64,000 nucleotides of DNA. It comes from an uncultured Nitrososphaerota archaeon (lineage in GTDB: Archaea; Korarchaeota; Korarchaeia; Korarchaeales; Korarchaeaceae). Under the pieces are notes generated by a model. The model saw only the letters and a program-made list of their open reading frames with translations. It had not been told where the DNA came from and made no database searches. The translations under genes were made by a program, and so were the position numbers. The stretch covers positions 32,001 to 96,000 of the forward strand of contig CAZUBM010000004.1 in the NCBI GenBank assembly GCA_964618805.1, in the 5' to 3' direction. Shown here piece by piece: positions 17,503 through 27,520 of the stretch. Numbering within the stretch: the stretch's first letter is position 1; every line of letters starts with the position of its first letter.

Positions 17503-19020
17503 TTAGTCCCCGCTTATTGGTATTGTAACTACGAGCCAATCGTCATCGTCCAGAATATAAGGCTTGCACTCCGTCCAAACATATGGATCGACCAAAGAAT
17601 CTTTTATGAGGCCTTCACAGAAAGGCACATAGATCCTATGGGTCTTAACTATCCAAAGCTTGCTTGCTTGAAACTGAAGGAGGAATCCAACTTCATCCCA
17701 AGGAACTATATCGTCTCCAACCTCATTAACATCCGTTAAATTAAGGGAATGGTCTGTCTGTGGGCCATAATCGATCCTGAGATCTATCCTGGCCCACTCA
17801 GTGGTCAGGGAAAATTCAGGTATGTAGAAATTGATGGTAGTTGGATTTCCGTCGGGGCCGGGGGATATACTGAAGGACCCACTCCTTTCGATACTGAGGT
17901 TTAACCTTACCAAACTAGTGCCAAGAAGTACCCTTCCACTATACTCAAAAATGACAAGCTCGAACCGTCCATCTGGTTCTATAGTCTCGATCTGTAGGAA
18001 GGCCTCTCCATTGGTCCAAGGAATTGGAACAAGCTCGTCCTTCTTGAGCACAGCTCCTTCCACAAATACCGTGAAGTTAGAAAAGAGCGGGTTGTAACGC
18101 ACTGATGCCCATGTCCAAGGTCCTGGGGCTTCTAGAGAGTAAGAATAGGAGCTAGAGTATACTCCAAGAAATATGGAGACGTTCTCTCCTAATCCTATGC
18201 TCCTTGATTGATTAACGTTCTTCTCGAGGTAAAACGCGTTGTATTTTCCGTTAAGAGGGAACTCATTGTCGTTGGCTCCTCTAATTATGTACCATCCAGT
18301 ATCGTTCTGAGTTATTACCCAAACCCTCGTTACACCAGAAGGAACATCTCCTTCTCTCGTTATGTTCAAGAAGGAGATTTCAGGTGGAGCAGGAGGAGGT
18401 CTGTATATCTTATAATCCCTTAATGAGAGTGGAAGGCCATATCTGTTGAGCACAACTACCGCCCAATAGTCTTTACTATCCCCAAGCTCAACAAGCTCTA
18501 TAGCTGAAGCGTAAGTAGCATATCTGTTTGTTCCAGCGACGTAAATTAGGGTATAGTTCTCGTTCCAGGGATTTGGCATAGCTCCAACTATTCCAACCTC
18601 CAAGTTACCACCCCATGTCCCTCCTGGTGAGAAATCGAGCTTGAAGTACCAACCATCTTCACCTTTGAAAAAGAGAAACATTGAAGTCTCATTAACTGTT
18701 TTAGAAAGCGTGTTAGCAACAGGTCCACCTACAACAATGAGATGATTGCCCCTAAGATCGGATTGTGTCACTCTGCTCGCGTTTAATATCGTGACATCCC
18801 CTCCAAAGGAGGTTATGTAATCTGAAATGAGTTCTGCTGCTTCAACATCCATGTGTGCTGCATTTTCTCCATAAACAATGAGCGTCTTTGGCCCTTCTTT
18901 GGTCATAAGAACTGTTTTTAGAGGACAAAATGGTCTAAGATTCTCTTCAACTCCTCTAACTTTATGAAGAATCGTTATTGATAGTATAATTAACACAAAT
19001 AGTAAGAAGGTCCTTCTCAT
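17503..19020 (-). CDS. S-layer-domain surface protein
   Basis: Signal peptide from ATG at 19020; archaeal S-layer-family motifs IVYGENAAHMDV, HLIVVGGPVAN, VAGTNRYAT; many N-x-S/T sequons. Confidence 0.7.
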   Translation of the reverse strand: MRRTFLLFVLIILSITILHKVRGVEENLRPFCPLKTVLMTKEGPKTLIVYGENAAHMDVEAAELISDYITSFGGDVTILNASRVTQSDLRGNHLIVVGGPVANTLSKTVNETSMFLFFKGEDGWYFKLDFSPGGTWGGNLEVGIVGAMPNPWNENYTLIYVAGTNRYATYASAIELVELGDSKDYWAVVVLNRYGLPLSLRDYKIYRPPPAPPEISFLNITREGDVPSGVTRVWVITQNDTGWYIIRGANDNEFPLNGKYNAFYLEKNVNQSRSIGLGENVSIFLGVYSSSYSYSLEAPGPWTWASVRYNPLFSNFTVFVEGAVLKKDELVPIPWTNGEAFLQIETIEPDGRFELVIFEYSGRVLLGTSLVRLNLSIERSGSFSISPGPDGNPTTINFYIPEFSLTTEWARIDLRIDYGPQTDHSLNLTDVNEVGDDIVPWDEVGFLLQFQASKLWIVKTHRIYVPFCEGLIKDSLVDPYVWTECKPYILDDDDWLVVTIPISGD

Positions 19021-19116
19021 CGCATGGACTAGGAAATAGCATCTGATATATTTGGAGTGTAAGTTAACCAACTCTCTTCTAAAAGTTAATCATCGTACTC
19101 CTGATAATTTATTTTA

Positions 19117-19176
19117 TCAGTAACCCCAGGGCATATCATAGAGGCCCAACTCTCAATCTGGGGTGGTATCATCATC
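19117..19176 (-). ncRNA. Candidate C/D-box guide sRNA
   Basis: Minus strand reads ATGATGA (C), 12-nt guide, TTGA (D'), spacer, ATGATA (C'-like), 13-nt guide, CTGA (D). About 60 nt, intergenic, with TATA-like TTTTAATA about 25 nt upstream. Confidence 0.6.
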
Positions 19177-19207
19177 TAAGTAAGGAGAAATATCGATCAT
19201 ATTAAAA

Positions 19208-19945
19208 CTAAGAGGTCTCCCATTTCCTCGACTTCATGCCTCTTCTTATTAAACCATCTCTTATGGCTCTTGCAATTATACTAGCCGCAGCAACTTCAAG
19301 ATATCTTCTATCTGCCTCATTTTCCAATATCAATCTTGCTCTTACCTTCTTAGTTAGAGGTTCTAGCTTTTCTCTAAGTTTTCTCTCATCAAAAGAATCA
19401 ACTATCACCACATCAATTCTTTTTAAAGAGGAAATCACACTTTCTAGAGCTTGAGCATGCCACATAGCTAGCAATTCGTTTAGATTACCCCTTTTCCAAA
19501 TTCTCTTGAACTCAGTAGGGGAAACGACAACAGTTCCTATTGCAAGGGCTGCCTCTCTCATCTTATTTGCAATTTCCATCAATCTCTCTTTTTTTGCTAT
19601 TTTGCTTTCGACGAGTCCAGCTGAAACAGCCTTGCTCCTGCCTTCATCATCCAGAGCTACGGCACACACAACAAGGGGACCTTCTGCCTCTCCTTTACCC
19701 ACTTCATCAATGCCCACTCTAATTCCTAAGCCCTTAAACATCTTAGAGACAATATCCGCTAGGCCTTCGTTGAAAACTACGGTACCTGTCGAATACGCTA
19801 TTAATAACTTGTCCTCAAATCTCACCCTGTATTCCTCGTACTCATTCTTTTTCTGAATCTCTTGACCTCCTAATTTTAATAGGAGCTCTTTGAGCTCTTC
19901 AAGTTTTTCATGAGGAAGCACTACGCTTAACTGCTTTTTTACCAA
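19208..19945 (-). CDS. RNase H type 2 family protein with RNase HIII-like architecture and short C-terminus
   Basis: GIDEVGKGE, VDSF, ADRRYLEVAAASIIAR; N-terminal TBP-like segment (YRVRFEDKLLIAYSTGTVVF). Confidence 0.8.
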   Translation of the reverse strand: MVKKQLSVVLPHEKLEELKELLLKLGGQEIQKKNEYEEYRVRFEDKLLIAYSTGTVVFNEGLADIVSKMFKGLGIRVGIDEVGKGEAEGPLVVCAVALDDEGRSKAVSAGLVESKIAKKERLMEIANKMREAALAIGTVVVSPTEFKRIWKRGNLNELLAMWHAQALESVISSLKRIDVVIVDSFDERKLREKLEPLTKKVRARLILENEADRRYLEVAAASIIARAIRDGLIRRGMKSRKWETS

Positions 19946-21203
19946 TTAACCACCCTATAATAGCAGTAAACATGAGGAAACTTAGAGCAAGAACGACCTT
20001 GATGTTAAATTTAGCCCTTTTCACAAGAATTGTGAATTTGAAGGACTTGCTGACTTGATCATGGGGATACTCGTTGTTCCAGTAAACTCTGAAAAATATC
20101 GTTTCGTTTCCAGCACCACATACTGGCAAGATCATTTCAACATTTTTGAATTCTCCTGGTTTAAGATTTCCTACTTCTACAACTGCTTTTTCTTCACCTA
20201 GTTTACCTAAAATGATGACTCTCTTAGCCATAAAGGAGCCTATGTTCACGACCTCTATGTTTAAACGAAGTTCGCTACCATTAACGGCTTCTGATGGTAC
20301 ATCTACAGAAATATTAACCTCTGTTTTCTTTATCACTGTTATATTTGTGCTAGTCTCTATTACTTTCCTTCTGTCTAATACCCAAAACTCAAGCTCAGCC
20401 CTTATCTCATGAATACCGCCAGGCGTCTTCTCATCAATTTCAATGTATACTGGCCTTGGAAACCTGACGGAGCGTCCTGGTCTCAAAAAAGATCTGCCAA
20501 ATATGTCTACAAGCGGTATTATTTGAGGTTTGTTTGGGGACGGGGGAATTATCCTGAGAGTTAAGTTTGTTATGTTAAATGGGGGTACTGGCTCTACATG
20601 CATTATAGTAACCACGACTCCTACAGTATGAGGGGGATCTATCTCTTTAGGCTCAGCTTTTATTGAAAAAATGGGTCCAAAGGTTCTAATTTTAATCTCT
20701 TCCGATGCCGAATAATCTACAGGATACAACTCATTGCCTTCCTCATCTATCTCTCTTGCTAAAGCGGTAACGCGTATGTTGTAAGTCCCTATCTCACAAT
20801 CAAGGGAAACATGAACACTTGCTATCAGATTAAGGTTTCCTATATCTCCACTAGCCCTAACCATGACATTTAACCCGTTGATCTCTTTGGTTATGGTTCC
20901 ATTGCCAGTTACATCCAAACTTTTTATGTTACAATTCATACTGGGCGGTATTTCGATGGAAATATTGATCTCTCTCATTTTTCTCTTTGTAGTAACGATT
21001 CCTCCAGTTGGTGATGTAAAGAACTTTGAAACGTTGTACCTTATCTCAAATTCTCCCCCCTGCATCACCACGTCGGGACTTACATCAAGCCATGCGTAAT
21101 GACACTCAACTCTCCCTATCCTCATGTAAGCTGGGAGAAGCAAAAGAGCGATTAGAACTATAATTCCCTTCGATTTCATCCAAATGGAAATTCTAGACCT
21201 CAA
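19908..21203 (-). CDS. Secreted/membrane-anchored Ig-like (CARDB) surface protein
   Basis: Signal peptide, beta-rich repeats, VVNIGSFMA..VGNLKPGE CARDB-like motif, C-terminal TM helix. Confidence 0.65.
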   Translation of the reverse strand: MRSRISIWMKSKGIIVLIALLLLPAYMRIGRVECHYAWLDVSPDVVMQGGEFEIRYNVSKFFTSPTGGIVTTKRKMREINISIEIPPSMNCNIKSLDVTGNGTITKEINGLNVMVRASGDIGNLNLIASVHVSLDCEIGTYNIRVTALAREIDEEGNELYPVDYSASEEIKIRTFGPIFSIKAEPKEIDPPHTVGVVVTIMHVEPVPPFNITNLTLRIIPPSPNKPQIIPLVDIFGRSFLRPGRSVRFPRPVYIEIDEKTPGGIHEIRAELEFWVLDRRKVIETSTNITVIKKTEVNISVDVPSEAVNGSELRLNIEVVNIGSFMAKRVIILGKLGEEKAVVEVGNLKPGEFKNVEMILPVCGAGNETIFFRVYWNNEYPHDQVSKSFKFTILVKRAKFNIKVVLALSFLMFTAIIGWLIGKKAVKRSASS

Positions 21204-21260
21204 TTTATAGTTTACTTAAGGTAAACAGCGAAAATCAGATGTTATAGAGCTAAATAAACC

Positions 21261-21291
21261 TAGTAACACCAAAATATTAAAATAGTAACAC
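21261..21291 (+). promoter_or_regulatory. Direct repeat TAGTAACAC x2 around a TATA-like element upstream of the metal ABC operon
   Basis: Copies at 21261-21269 and 21283-21291 (22-bp period) flank AATATTAAAA. Confidence 0.4.
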
Positions 21292-21306
21292 TTTTATTTT
21301 AGCTCC

Positions 21307-22266
21307 TTGAGAACTCCAACTGTGAGCAGAAGCACTCTTGTCCTAGCTACCATTTGTTTAGCGCTATTATTAGTTATTCCTGTCAAGATTGATGCTGAAA
21401 AAACCAAACCTACAGTAATCTGTACCACTAGCGTTCTAGGAAGCATAGTAAAGGATCTTGCTGGCGATAAAGTTGAAGTGATCATAATAGTTAGCACATC
21501 TACCTGCCCAGCCCACTATGATGTGAGCCCAAGCGATGTAGAGGCTGTAATGAAAGCAAGCTTGATACTCTATCATGGGATGGAGGCATGGCTAAGCAAA
21601 TTGGTCGAGACTTCGGGGTCAAAAGCGACCCTTGTCAAGATCTCAGGGCCTTGGAACACTCCAGAAGGAGCCTCAAATTATTACATTCGTGTGGCAAGTA
21701 CTCTGGATGAGAACTTGGGTCTTAACACATCAGAAAGACTCCAGAAATGCCTTGAAAGCATAAACGTGACCGCAGAGCGCCTTAGAGCAGAAGCTGAGGA
21801 GAGAGAGGTGGATGAAGTTAAGGTAATCTGCATGACATGGCAAAAGCCTTTTGTCTCATGGCTTGGTTTCAATGTGATAGCCGAGTTTGGACCTCCAGAA
21901 AAGCTTTCGTCAGCTGATGTAGCTGAATTAGTGGAAATTGGTCAAAAAGAGGGAGCAATGCTCGTTATAAGCAATCTTCAGAGCGGAATAGGGTATGGAA
22001 AGTACATAGCAGATAGCATAGGGGCCATTCACGTCGTCCTCACAAACTTCCCCGATCCTGAAGAAGGACTCTTTAACCTATCAAATGTCTTTACGCACAA
22101 TGCTGAGGCCCTTTTCAATGCCATTGAGGAATATAAGTCGATAGAGGAGATGAAAGCTTTGCAAAGGTCTTTGCACCTCCATAAGATGCTGTCATATTCG
22201 CTTGCAATCATAGCCGCAGCAGAAGCAGCAATCCTGATTTATCTTCTTTCAGCTAGGAGGAGGTAA
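21307..22266 (+). CDS. Metal ABC transporter substrate-binding protein (ZnuA/TroA family)
   Basis: VICTTSVLGSIVKDLAGDKV..CPAHYDVSPSD..ASLILYHGME; C-terminal TM anchor. Confidence 0.85.
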   Translation: MRTPTVSRSTLVLATICLALLLVIPVKIDAEKTKPTVICTTSVLGSIVKDLAGDKVEVIIIVSTSTCPAHYDVSPSDVEAVMKASLILYHGMEAWLSKLVETSGSKATLVKISGPWNTPEGASNYYIRVASTLDENLGLNTSERLQKCLESINVTAERLRAEAEEREVDEVKVICMTWQKPFVSWLGFNVIAEFGPPEKLSSADVAELVEIGQKEGAMLVISNLQSGIGYGKYIADSIGAIHVVLTNFPDPEEGLFNLSNVFTHNAEALFNAIEEYKSIEEMKALQRSLHLHKMLSYSLAIIAAAEAAILIYLLSARRR

Positions 22267-22268
22267 GT

Positions 22269-22667
22269 TTGTTAACCCTTGAGGAAGCAGCTTCTTTCCA
22301 CGGACACCTAGGTCCTTTCCTTACAATAGGATACCTTGCGGGAAAGATGGCCACAGAACTCTTGAAACCAAGGGACATACATGATATGAAGGCTATCGTT
22401 AGTTTGCCATTGAAAACTCCTTTCTCATGCATAATCGATGGAGTACAATGCTCCTCAAGATGTACCCTTGGAAAACTCAACATAAAGGTAAGGAACTCTG
22501 AAAAAGTGACTATTATATTTGAGAATAGAGATGGAGGGAGGATAGAGCTTCAGGTTAAAGAAGATGTAATAGAAAGATGTCTCACCCTTAGCATGGAGGA
22601 AGCTGTGAAGTGGCTGTTAAGTCTGAAACGAGAGGAGATCTTCAAAGCGAACTTGCAATTAAGCTAG
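22269..22667 (+). CDS. FmdE-family protein
   Basis: FHGHLGP..G, SCIIDGVQCSSRCTLGK. Confidence 0.85.
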   Translation: MLTLEEAASFHGHLGPFLTIGYLAGKMATELLKPRDIHDMKAIVSLPLKTPFSCIIDGVQCSSRCTLGKLNIKVRNSEKVTIIFENRDGGRIELQVKEDVIERCLTLSMEEAVKWLLSLKREEIFKANLQLS

Positions 22668-23326
22668 TCAACGTCTCAACATATTACTCTGGGGAAACTA
22701 AGCCAGCAATAAGGGACATATCCTTAGAAATCCGTGCTGGAGATCTCGTCCTCATATCTGGACCTAACGGCGCAGGGAAGACCACGCTTCTCGAGACAAT
22801 CCTTGGACTCCTCAAACCTAAGAAGGGAAGAATCCTATTGCTAGGCCACGAAATACCAAAAGAGGCTTCCTTAGTTAGAAAAATGTGTAGCTATCTCCCC
22901 CAAGACTTTATGAAACCTGCTGGAGAGCCCTTTTCAGTAAAGGAAGTTGTGGCAATGGGCCTATCTCCTATAAGGCCCCTTGGTAAGCTTAATTCAGCTG
23001 ATTGGGAAGCAGTATACGATGCCTTGGAGATTCTTGGTGTCAAAGACCTAGCTGAAAGGCCTTTCGGAAGGCTTAGCGGGGGACAGCAACAGAAGGTCAT
23101 GCTTGCTAGGGCCCTTATAAGAAAACCTAAGGTGTTGTTCTTGGACGAACCTTTTAGCTCCTTGGACAGGGAGTCAAGGGCATATCTATCCGAAGAAGTC
23201 CTTCCAGAACTTGTAAAAAAAGGGACCACTGTGCTCTTAGTAAGTCACGATGTAACTTTCAAGCCATCGGACTGCAGCATGATAGTTCACATGAAGGATG
23301 GGGTTATAGTTAAGGTGGAGGGATGA
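22610..23326 (+). CDS. Metal ABC transporter ATPase (ZnuC-like)
   Basis: GPNGAGKTT, LSGGQQQKV, LDEP, SHD. Confidence 0.9.
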   Translation: MAVKSETRGDLQSELAIKLVNVSTYYSGETKPAIRDISLEIRAGDLVLISGPNGAGKTTLLETILGLLKPKKGRILLLGHEIPKEASLVRKMCSYLPQDFMKPAGEPFSVKEVVAMGLSPIRPLGKLNSADWEAVYDALEILGVKDLAERPFGRLSGGQQQKVMLARALIRKPKVLFLDEPFSSLDRESRAYLSEEVLPELVKKGTTVLLVSHDVTFKPSDCSMIVHMKDGVIVKVEG

Positions 23327-23329
23327 ATC

Positions 23330-24151
23330 TTGCTACCCTTAATTCTCACAGCAACTATTGCTGGGGCATTGGCAGGCTCATTATGTGGATGTACGGGCGT
23401 TCTATGCGATAGATTGGGCCTAAGGACCGTTGCTTTTGCTGTTGCACATGCCGCTTTAGCTGGGGCTGCTCTCAGCTTTCTAGTAGGCGTAAGCTCCATA
23501 GTTCTCGGGATGATCTTTGCCCTACTTACAGCACTTATCCTAGGACCTTTAGCTGATACCTTTGAGATACCTATAGACATGGTTTCAATGACCCTTTTCT
23601 CCCTTTACAACGCTTTGACCTTTATCTTCCTAATTCTGTCGCCTGGCATCGTCTTAGCGGCTGAGAAGGTCAGCCAAGTGTTATGGGGAAGCGTGCTTGC
23701 GGTTACCCCAGATTACCTAATAATCCTGTTCACAATAGCCATCCTCTATGCTCTATTTCTGGTTACCCTTTGGCACAGGATAGCCCCAATACTATTTGAT
23801 AAGAGATTGGCAGAAGCAGAGGGCATAAACGTTAGGGCATATACTTATGCCCTAATTGCCCTTACTGGTCTGGTTGTAGTCCTCACTTTACGGATCACAG
23901 GAGGCTTTTTGGTCTTCTCTTTGGTTTATATACCAGCTTCTAGTGCTTTGCAGCTTTCTGAAAATATGAAAAGGATAGTAGCACTCTCAGCCATACTTGG
24001 TCTTACATCAGCGATTGCTGGAGTCTACGTTAGCTTTCTTGCAGATCTCCCAGTTGGCTCAAGCATCGTGATATGCGCAGCAGGTATACTGCTCATCGCA
24101 AGTATTGCAGGATACTTCCGCAGGAAATCGCTGATTAAGTTTGTCAGTTAG
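23330..24151 (+). CDS. Metal ABC transporter permease (ZnuB-like)
   Basis: VAHAALAGAAL, LWGSVLAV, FDKRLAEAEGIN; multiple TM helices. Confidence 0.9.
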   Translation: MLPLILTATIAGALAGSLCGCTGVLCDRLGLRTVAFAVAHAALAGAALSFLVGVSSIVLGMIFALLTALILGPLADTFEIPIDMVSMTLFSLYNALTFIFLILSPGIVLAAEKVSQVLWGSVLAVTPDYLIILFTIAILYALFLVTLWHRIAPILFDKRLAEAEGINVRAYTYALIALTGLVVVLTLRITGGFLVFSLVYIPASSALQLSENMKRIVALSAILGLTSAIAGVYVSFLADLPVGSSIVICAAGILLIASIAGYFRRKSLIKFVS

Positions 24152-24264
24152 GATGAAGTCTGTGCAACTAGCACTAAAGTTTAAGGATCGATTAAGGAGC
24201 TCTCTTTATTGTTAGAATAAATGGTTCCTCAACATTAATTATGGGAGCTAGGGGGTATTATTAA

Positions 24265-24996
24265 ATGGAAGCGATAAAGGCCAGAGGTCTAACGAAGATA
24301 TTCGGGGATCTGGTGGCAGTTGATCACATAGACCTCGATATACCAAGCGGAGTGGTGTTTGGCTTACTTGGACCTAATGGTGCAGGAAAGACGACGACGT
24401 TCAGGATGATATATGGAGTTCTTAGGCCAACTGAAGGAAGAGTTTGGGTCTATGGACACGATGTCTCAAAAGAGCCTGTAAAGGCAAAGAACTTGATAGG
24501 AGTCCTTCCAGAGGATACTGGAATATATCCTAGACTGACAGCAGAAGAGAACCTCATATACTTCGGGAAACTGCATGGAATGCCTGAGACGGAACTAAAG
24601 AGGAAGATAGAAGAGTACCTCTCGATTTTAGAGCTGGAAGAAAAGAGAGATTTCATAGCAGAGAAGCTTAGCAAGGGACAGAGGAAAAAAGTGGCATTCA
24701 TAAGGGCAATATTGCATGATCCCCCTATCCTGCTTTTAGACGAGCCTACAAGCAGCGTAGATGTCGTTAGTGCCAGGGATATAAGGAATATGATTAAAGA
24801 TTATGCTAAGAAAGGAAATACAGTTGTCCTTGCCTCTCACAACATGCTTGAGGTTGAGCAGCTTTGTGACATAGTTTCCATCATGCATAGGGGCAAGATA
24901 ATCCACACAGGCTCTATAGATGAGATCAAGAGGCTAGAAGGAGTTAAGGAATTGGAAGATGTCTTTGTAAGGCTCGTTAGGGCGGAGGTCTTCTAA
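24265..24996 (+). CDS. ABC exporter ATPase (NatA-like)
   Basis: GPNGAGKTT, LSKGQRKK, LLDEPT, SHNM. Confidence 0.9.
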   Translation: MEAIKARGLTKIFGDLVAVDHIDLDIPSGVVFGLLGPNGAGKTTTFRMIYGVLRPTEGRVWVYGHDVSKEPVKAKNLIGVLPEDTGIYPRLTAEENLIYFGKLHGMPETELKRKIEEYLSILELEEKRDFIAEKLSKGQRKKVAFIRAILHDPPILLLDEPTSSVDVVSARDIRNMIKDYAKKGNTVVLASHNMLEVEQLCDIVSIMHRGKIIHTGSIDEIKRLEGVKELEDVFVRLVRAEVF

Positions 24997-24998
24997 AG

Positions 24999-26312
24999 AT
25001 GCTCTGGAGATGGAGGGGATCATCGGGAAAGGTCAAACTTACTAAGGCTCTAGGTCAAATAGGCTATGGAATAGACAACAAAATTCTACTAGTAGCTTGG
25101 AAGGAACTTACTGAAGCTCTTAGAGACAGAAGGACAATTCTCAATGTGATATTGCTTCCCATGATCCTGATGCCAATATCCATGGCTCTACCCCTCATGT
25201 TAATGGCTCCTGGAGGGGCCGTTCAACCCATTACCGTCATGGTTGTGAAGGATCTTCCATCAATAAGCCTCATAGAGGAAAGGATCCTTCCTAAAGCGAA
25301 AATAAATGCGACCGTAATATATTCAGATATAAACGCAACAAAATGGATCCTAGAAAATAAAGCAGACCTCGTTGTCTTGATCCCTGAGGGGTTCTACTCT
25401 AACCTAAGTTCGAGCGGCTCTGCTACCGCCTTCATCTACTACGACCCGTTTAGCATGAAATCTGAGATGGCAATGACCCAACTTCAGCTTGTTTTCGGTG
25501 AGTTATCAAAGGAGGAGATAGAAAAAAGGCTTAAGGAAGTCAATCTGTCTCCAGAGTTTGCAAGACCAATTCAAATTGTTGGAAAGGAAGTTTCAAAGGT
25601 AGAAGCAACGCCAGCAGCCATAATAGGAGCTATGATCCTCCCAATGATGGTTGGAATCTTAGCAGTAACTGGAGCTGGAACATTTGCCCTTGACATGATA
25701 GCAGGTGAAAGGGAAAGAAAGACGATAGAAGCTCTTCTTACTGCTCCAATCACAAAGTTGAAGCTTCTAGTTGGTAAGTATGTTACTATGCTGGTTCTCT
25801 CAATTCTAAGCGGGGCCTCGATGCTGATCTCATTTCTCTTAGCCTCCTTCCTCATGGTAAACTACGCTATAGCTCCCTCCTTTCCCTCAACACTCCCATC
25901 TGGGGAAATTATGAACGTCTCATTTTCCTTAATGCCCTCCGGACTTAATCCATTGTTGTTCCTTCTAAGCCTAGCGTTTGCAATCGTGTTAGCAGGGCTT
26001 ACCGGCGATGCCCTTATAGTCGTAGGATCTTCATTTGCAAAGAGCTTTAAGGAGGCCCAGCAGTACACGGGCGTAGTGACCGCAGGATTCATAATTCCCT
26101 TAATATCTGTAGTTTACCTCCCTCCAAGGCTATTTTGGCCTTTCAGGATGTTGCCGATTACGAGCATTGCCCTCCTTGTAAGGGACGTTATGGTAAATCC
26201 GGGTGATAAGGCAGCAATAATGACGTCTTCGGCAGCTTCTATATTATATCTAGTGTTATTCCTTCTTTTAAGTGCCAAACTTTTCGGCAGGGAGGCAGTC
26301 GTTTTCGACTAA
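24999..26312 (+). CDS. ABC-2 permease (NatB-like)
   Basis: KELTEALRDRRT, AGERERKTIEALLTAP..GK, AKSFKEAQ. Confidence 0.88.
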   Translation: MLWRWRGSSGKVKLTKALGQIGYGIDNKILLVAWKELTEALRDRRTILNVILLPMILMPISMALPLMLMAPGGAVQPITVMVVKDLPSISLIEERILPKAKINATVIYSDINATKWILENKADLVVLIPEGFYSNLSSSGSATAFIYYDPFSMKSEMAMTQLQLVFGELSKEEIEKRLKEVNLSPEFARPIQIVGKEVSKVEATPAAIIGAMILPMMVGILAVTGAGTFALDMIAGERERKTIEALLTAPITKLKLLVGKYVTMLVLSILSGASMLISFLLASFLMVNYAIAPSFPSTLPSGEIMNVSFSLMPSGLNPLLFLLSLAFAIVLAGLTGDALIVVGSSFAKSFKEAQQYTGVVTAGFIIPLISVVYLPPRLFWPFRMLPITSIALLVRDVMVNPGDKAAIMTSSAASILYLVLFLLLSAKLFGREAVVFD

Positions 26313-26347
26313 AGAATTATTATCTTGCTGTGCGATGCTCTTAGAGG

Positions 26348-27520
26348 ATGTGTCCATTAAACATAGTAATCGTTGGATCTGGTATAGGAGGGGTTGCTGC
26401 AGCTTGGAATGCGTCTAGATTTATCCCAGATGCAAGAGTAAAGCTAATTGGGGACGAAAACATCTATGTAAGGCATAAGATAAGGTACGTAGCCCATGGA
26501 CTCGACATTTCTCTAGACACAAGCCACTTGGAATCTAATGGGGTTGAGATAATAAGGGATAGGGCAATAAAGATAGATAGGAACGGAAGAACTCTTCTAA
26601 CCGAAAAATCCGGAGAGATCTCCTATGATTATCTGATACTTGCAACTGGGGCGGAGCCATCGAAGCCAAAAGTACCAGGAGGCGAGTTCGCCAGGGGATT
26701 TAGGAGGAAAGACGACGTAGAATATTTGGCAAGGGAAAGACCGGAGGAAGTAGCTATAGTAGGAGCAAGCTATGTTGCCTTGCACGCAGCTCAAACGTGC
26801 AAGGACCTTGGCTTACTTCCTTACGTGATAGTGAGGTCAAGGCTAATAAGGAAGTCCCTGGAGCCGGAGTTATCGGAAGAACTTGAGACTAAACTAAAGG
26901 ATAGAGGAATAAGATTTGTGCATGGGAAGCTTCAAAGAATTGAAGAGGATGGACCTGTGGTAGATGATACGAAGGTAAGGGCCGATCTTACAATAGCTGC
27001 TACAGGTGTAAAGCCAAACTCTAAACTGGCGAAGGAGGCGGGGCTTGAACTTTGGTGGAATAACATCAAAGTAGATCAACAAGGAAGGACCTCTGATCCA
27101 AAGATTTTTGCCATTGGCGATGTGAGCAATTGCTACAATCCTATAACTAAGAAGATCGATTACTTTGGATTGGGTACTGTAGCAACTATCATGGCTTATA
27201 ACAGCATCAAGGCCATAAAAGGCTCAAAAGGAGCCCTTAAAACACCAAGATATCAAAAAGATGTCTTCTTTAGGGACATTTATGTTAAATCAATTGGATT
27301 TACATCTCCAGAGGCAGAAAAAGCTGGATTTACACCGGATAGAAAGGAAATTAGGGAAGAGGGCGAAATTTCTTATTTGATTTATGATGAGCCATCTGGA
27401 AGGTTAATAGGATATTCCTCTATCTCAAATAAGGAATCAGGTCGCAAGGACCTCCTGATCCTGAAGGCAGTTCTGAGAGGAGCAAGGATTTCAGAAGTGT
27501 TGGAATCAATTCAAAGCTAA
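26348..27520 (+). CDS. FAD/NAD(P)-dependent pyridine nucleotide-disulfide oxidoreductase
   Basis: IVGSGIGG, YDYLILATGA, ATGVKPN, TSDPKIFAIGD. Confidence 0.85.
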   Translation: MCPLNIVIVGSGIGGVAAAWNASRFIPDARVKLIGDENIYVRHKIRYVAHGLDISLDTSHLESNGVEIIRDRAIKIDRNGRTLLTEKSGEISYDYLILATGAEPSKPKVPGGEFARGFRRKDDVEYLARERPEEVAIVGASYVALHAAQTCKDLGLLPYVIVRSRLIRKSLEPELSEELETKLKDRGIRFVHGKLQRIEEDGPVVDDTKVRADLTIAATGVKPNSKLAKEAGLELWWNNIKVDQQGRTSDPKIFAIGDVSNCYNPITKKIDYFGLGTVATIMAYNSIKAIKGSKGALKTPRYQKDVFFRDIYVKSIGFTSPEAEKAGFTPDRKEIREEGEISYLIYDEPSGRLIGYSSISNKESGRKDLLILKAVLRGARISEVLESIQS

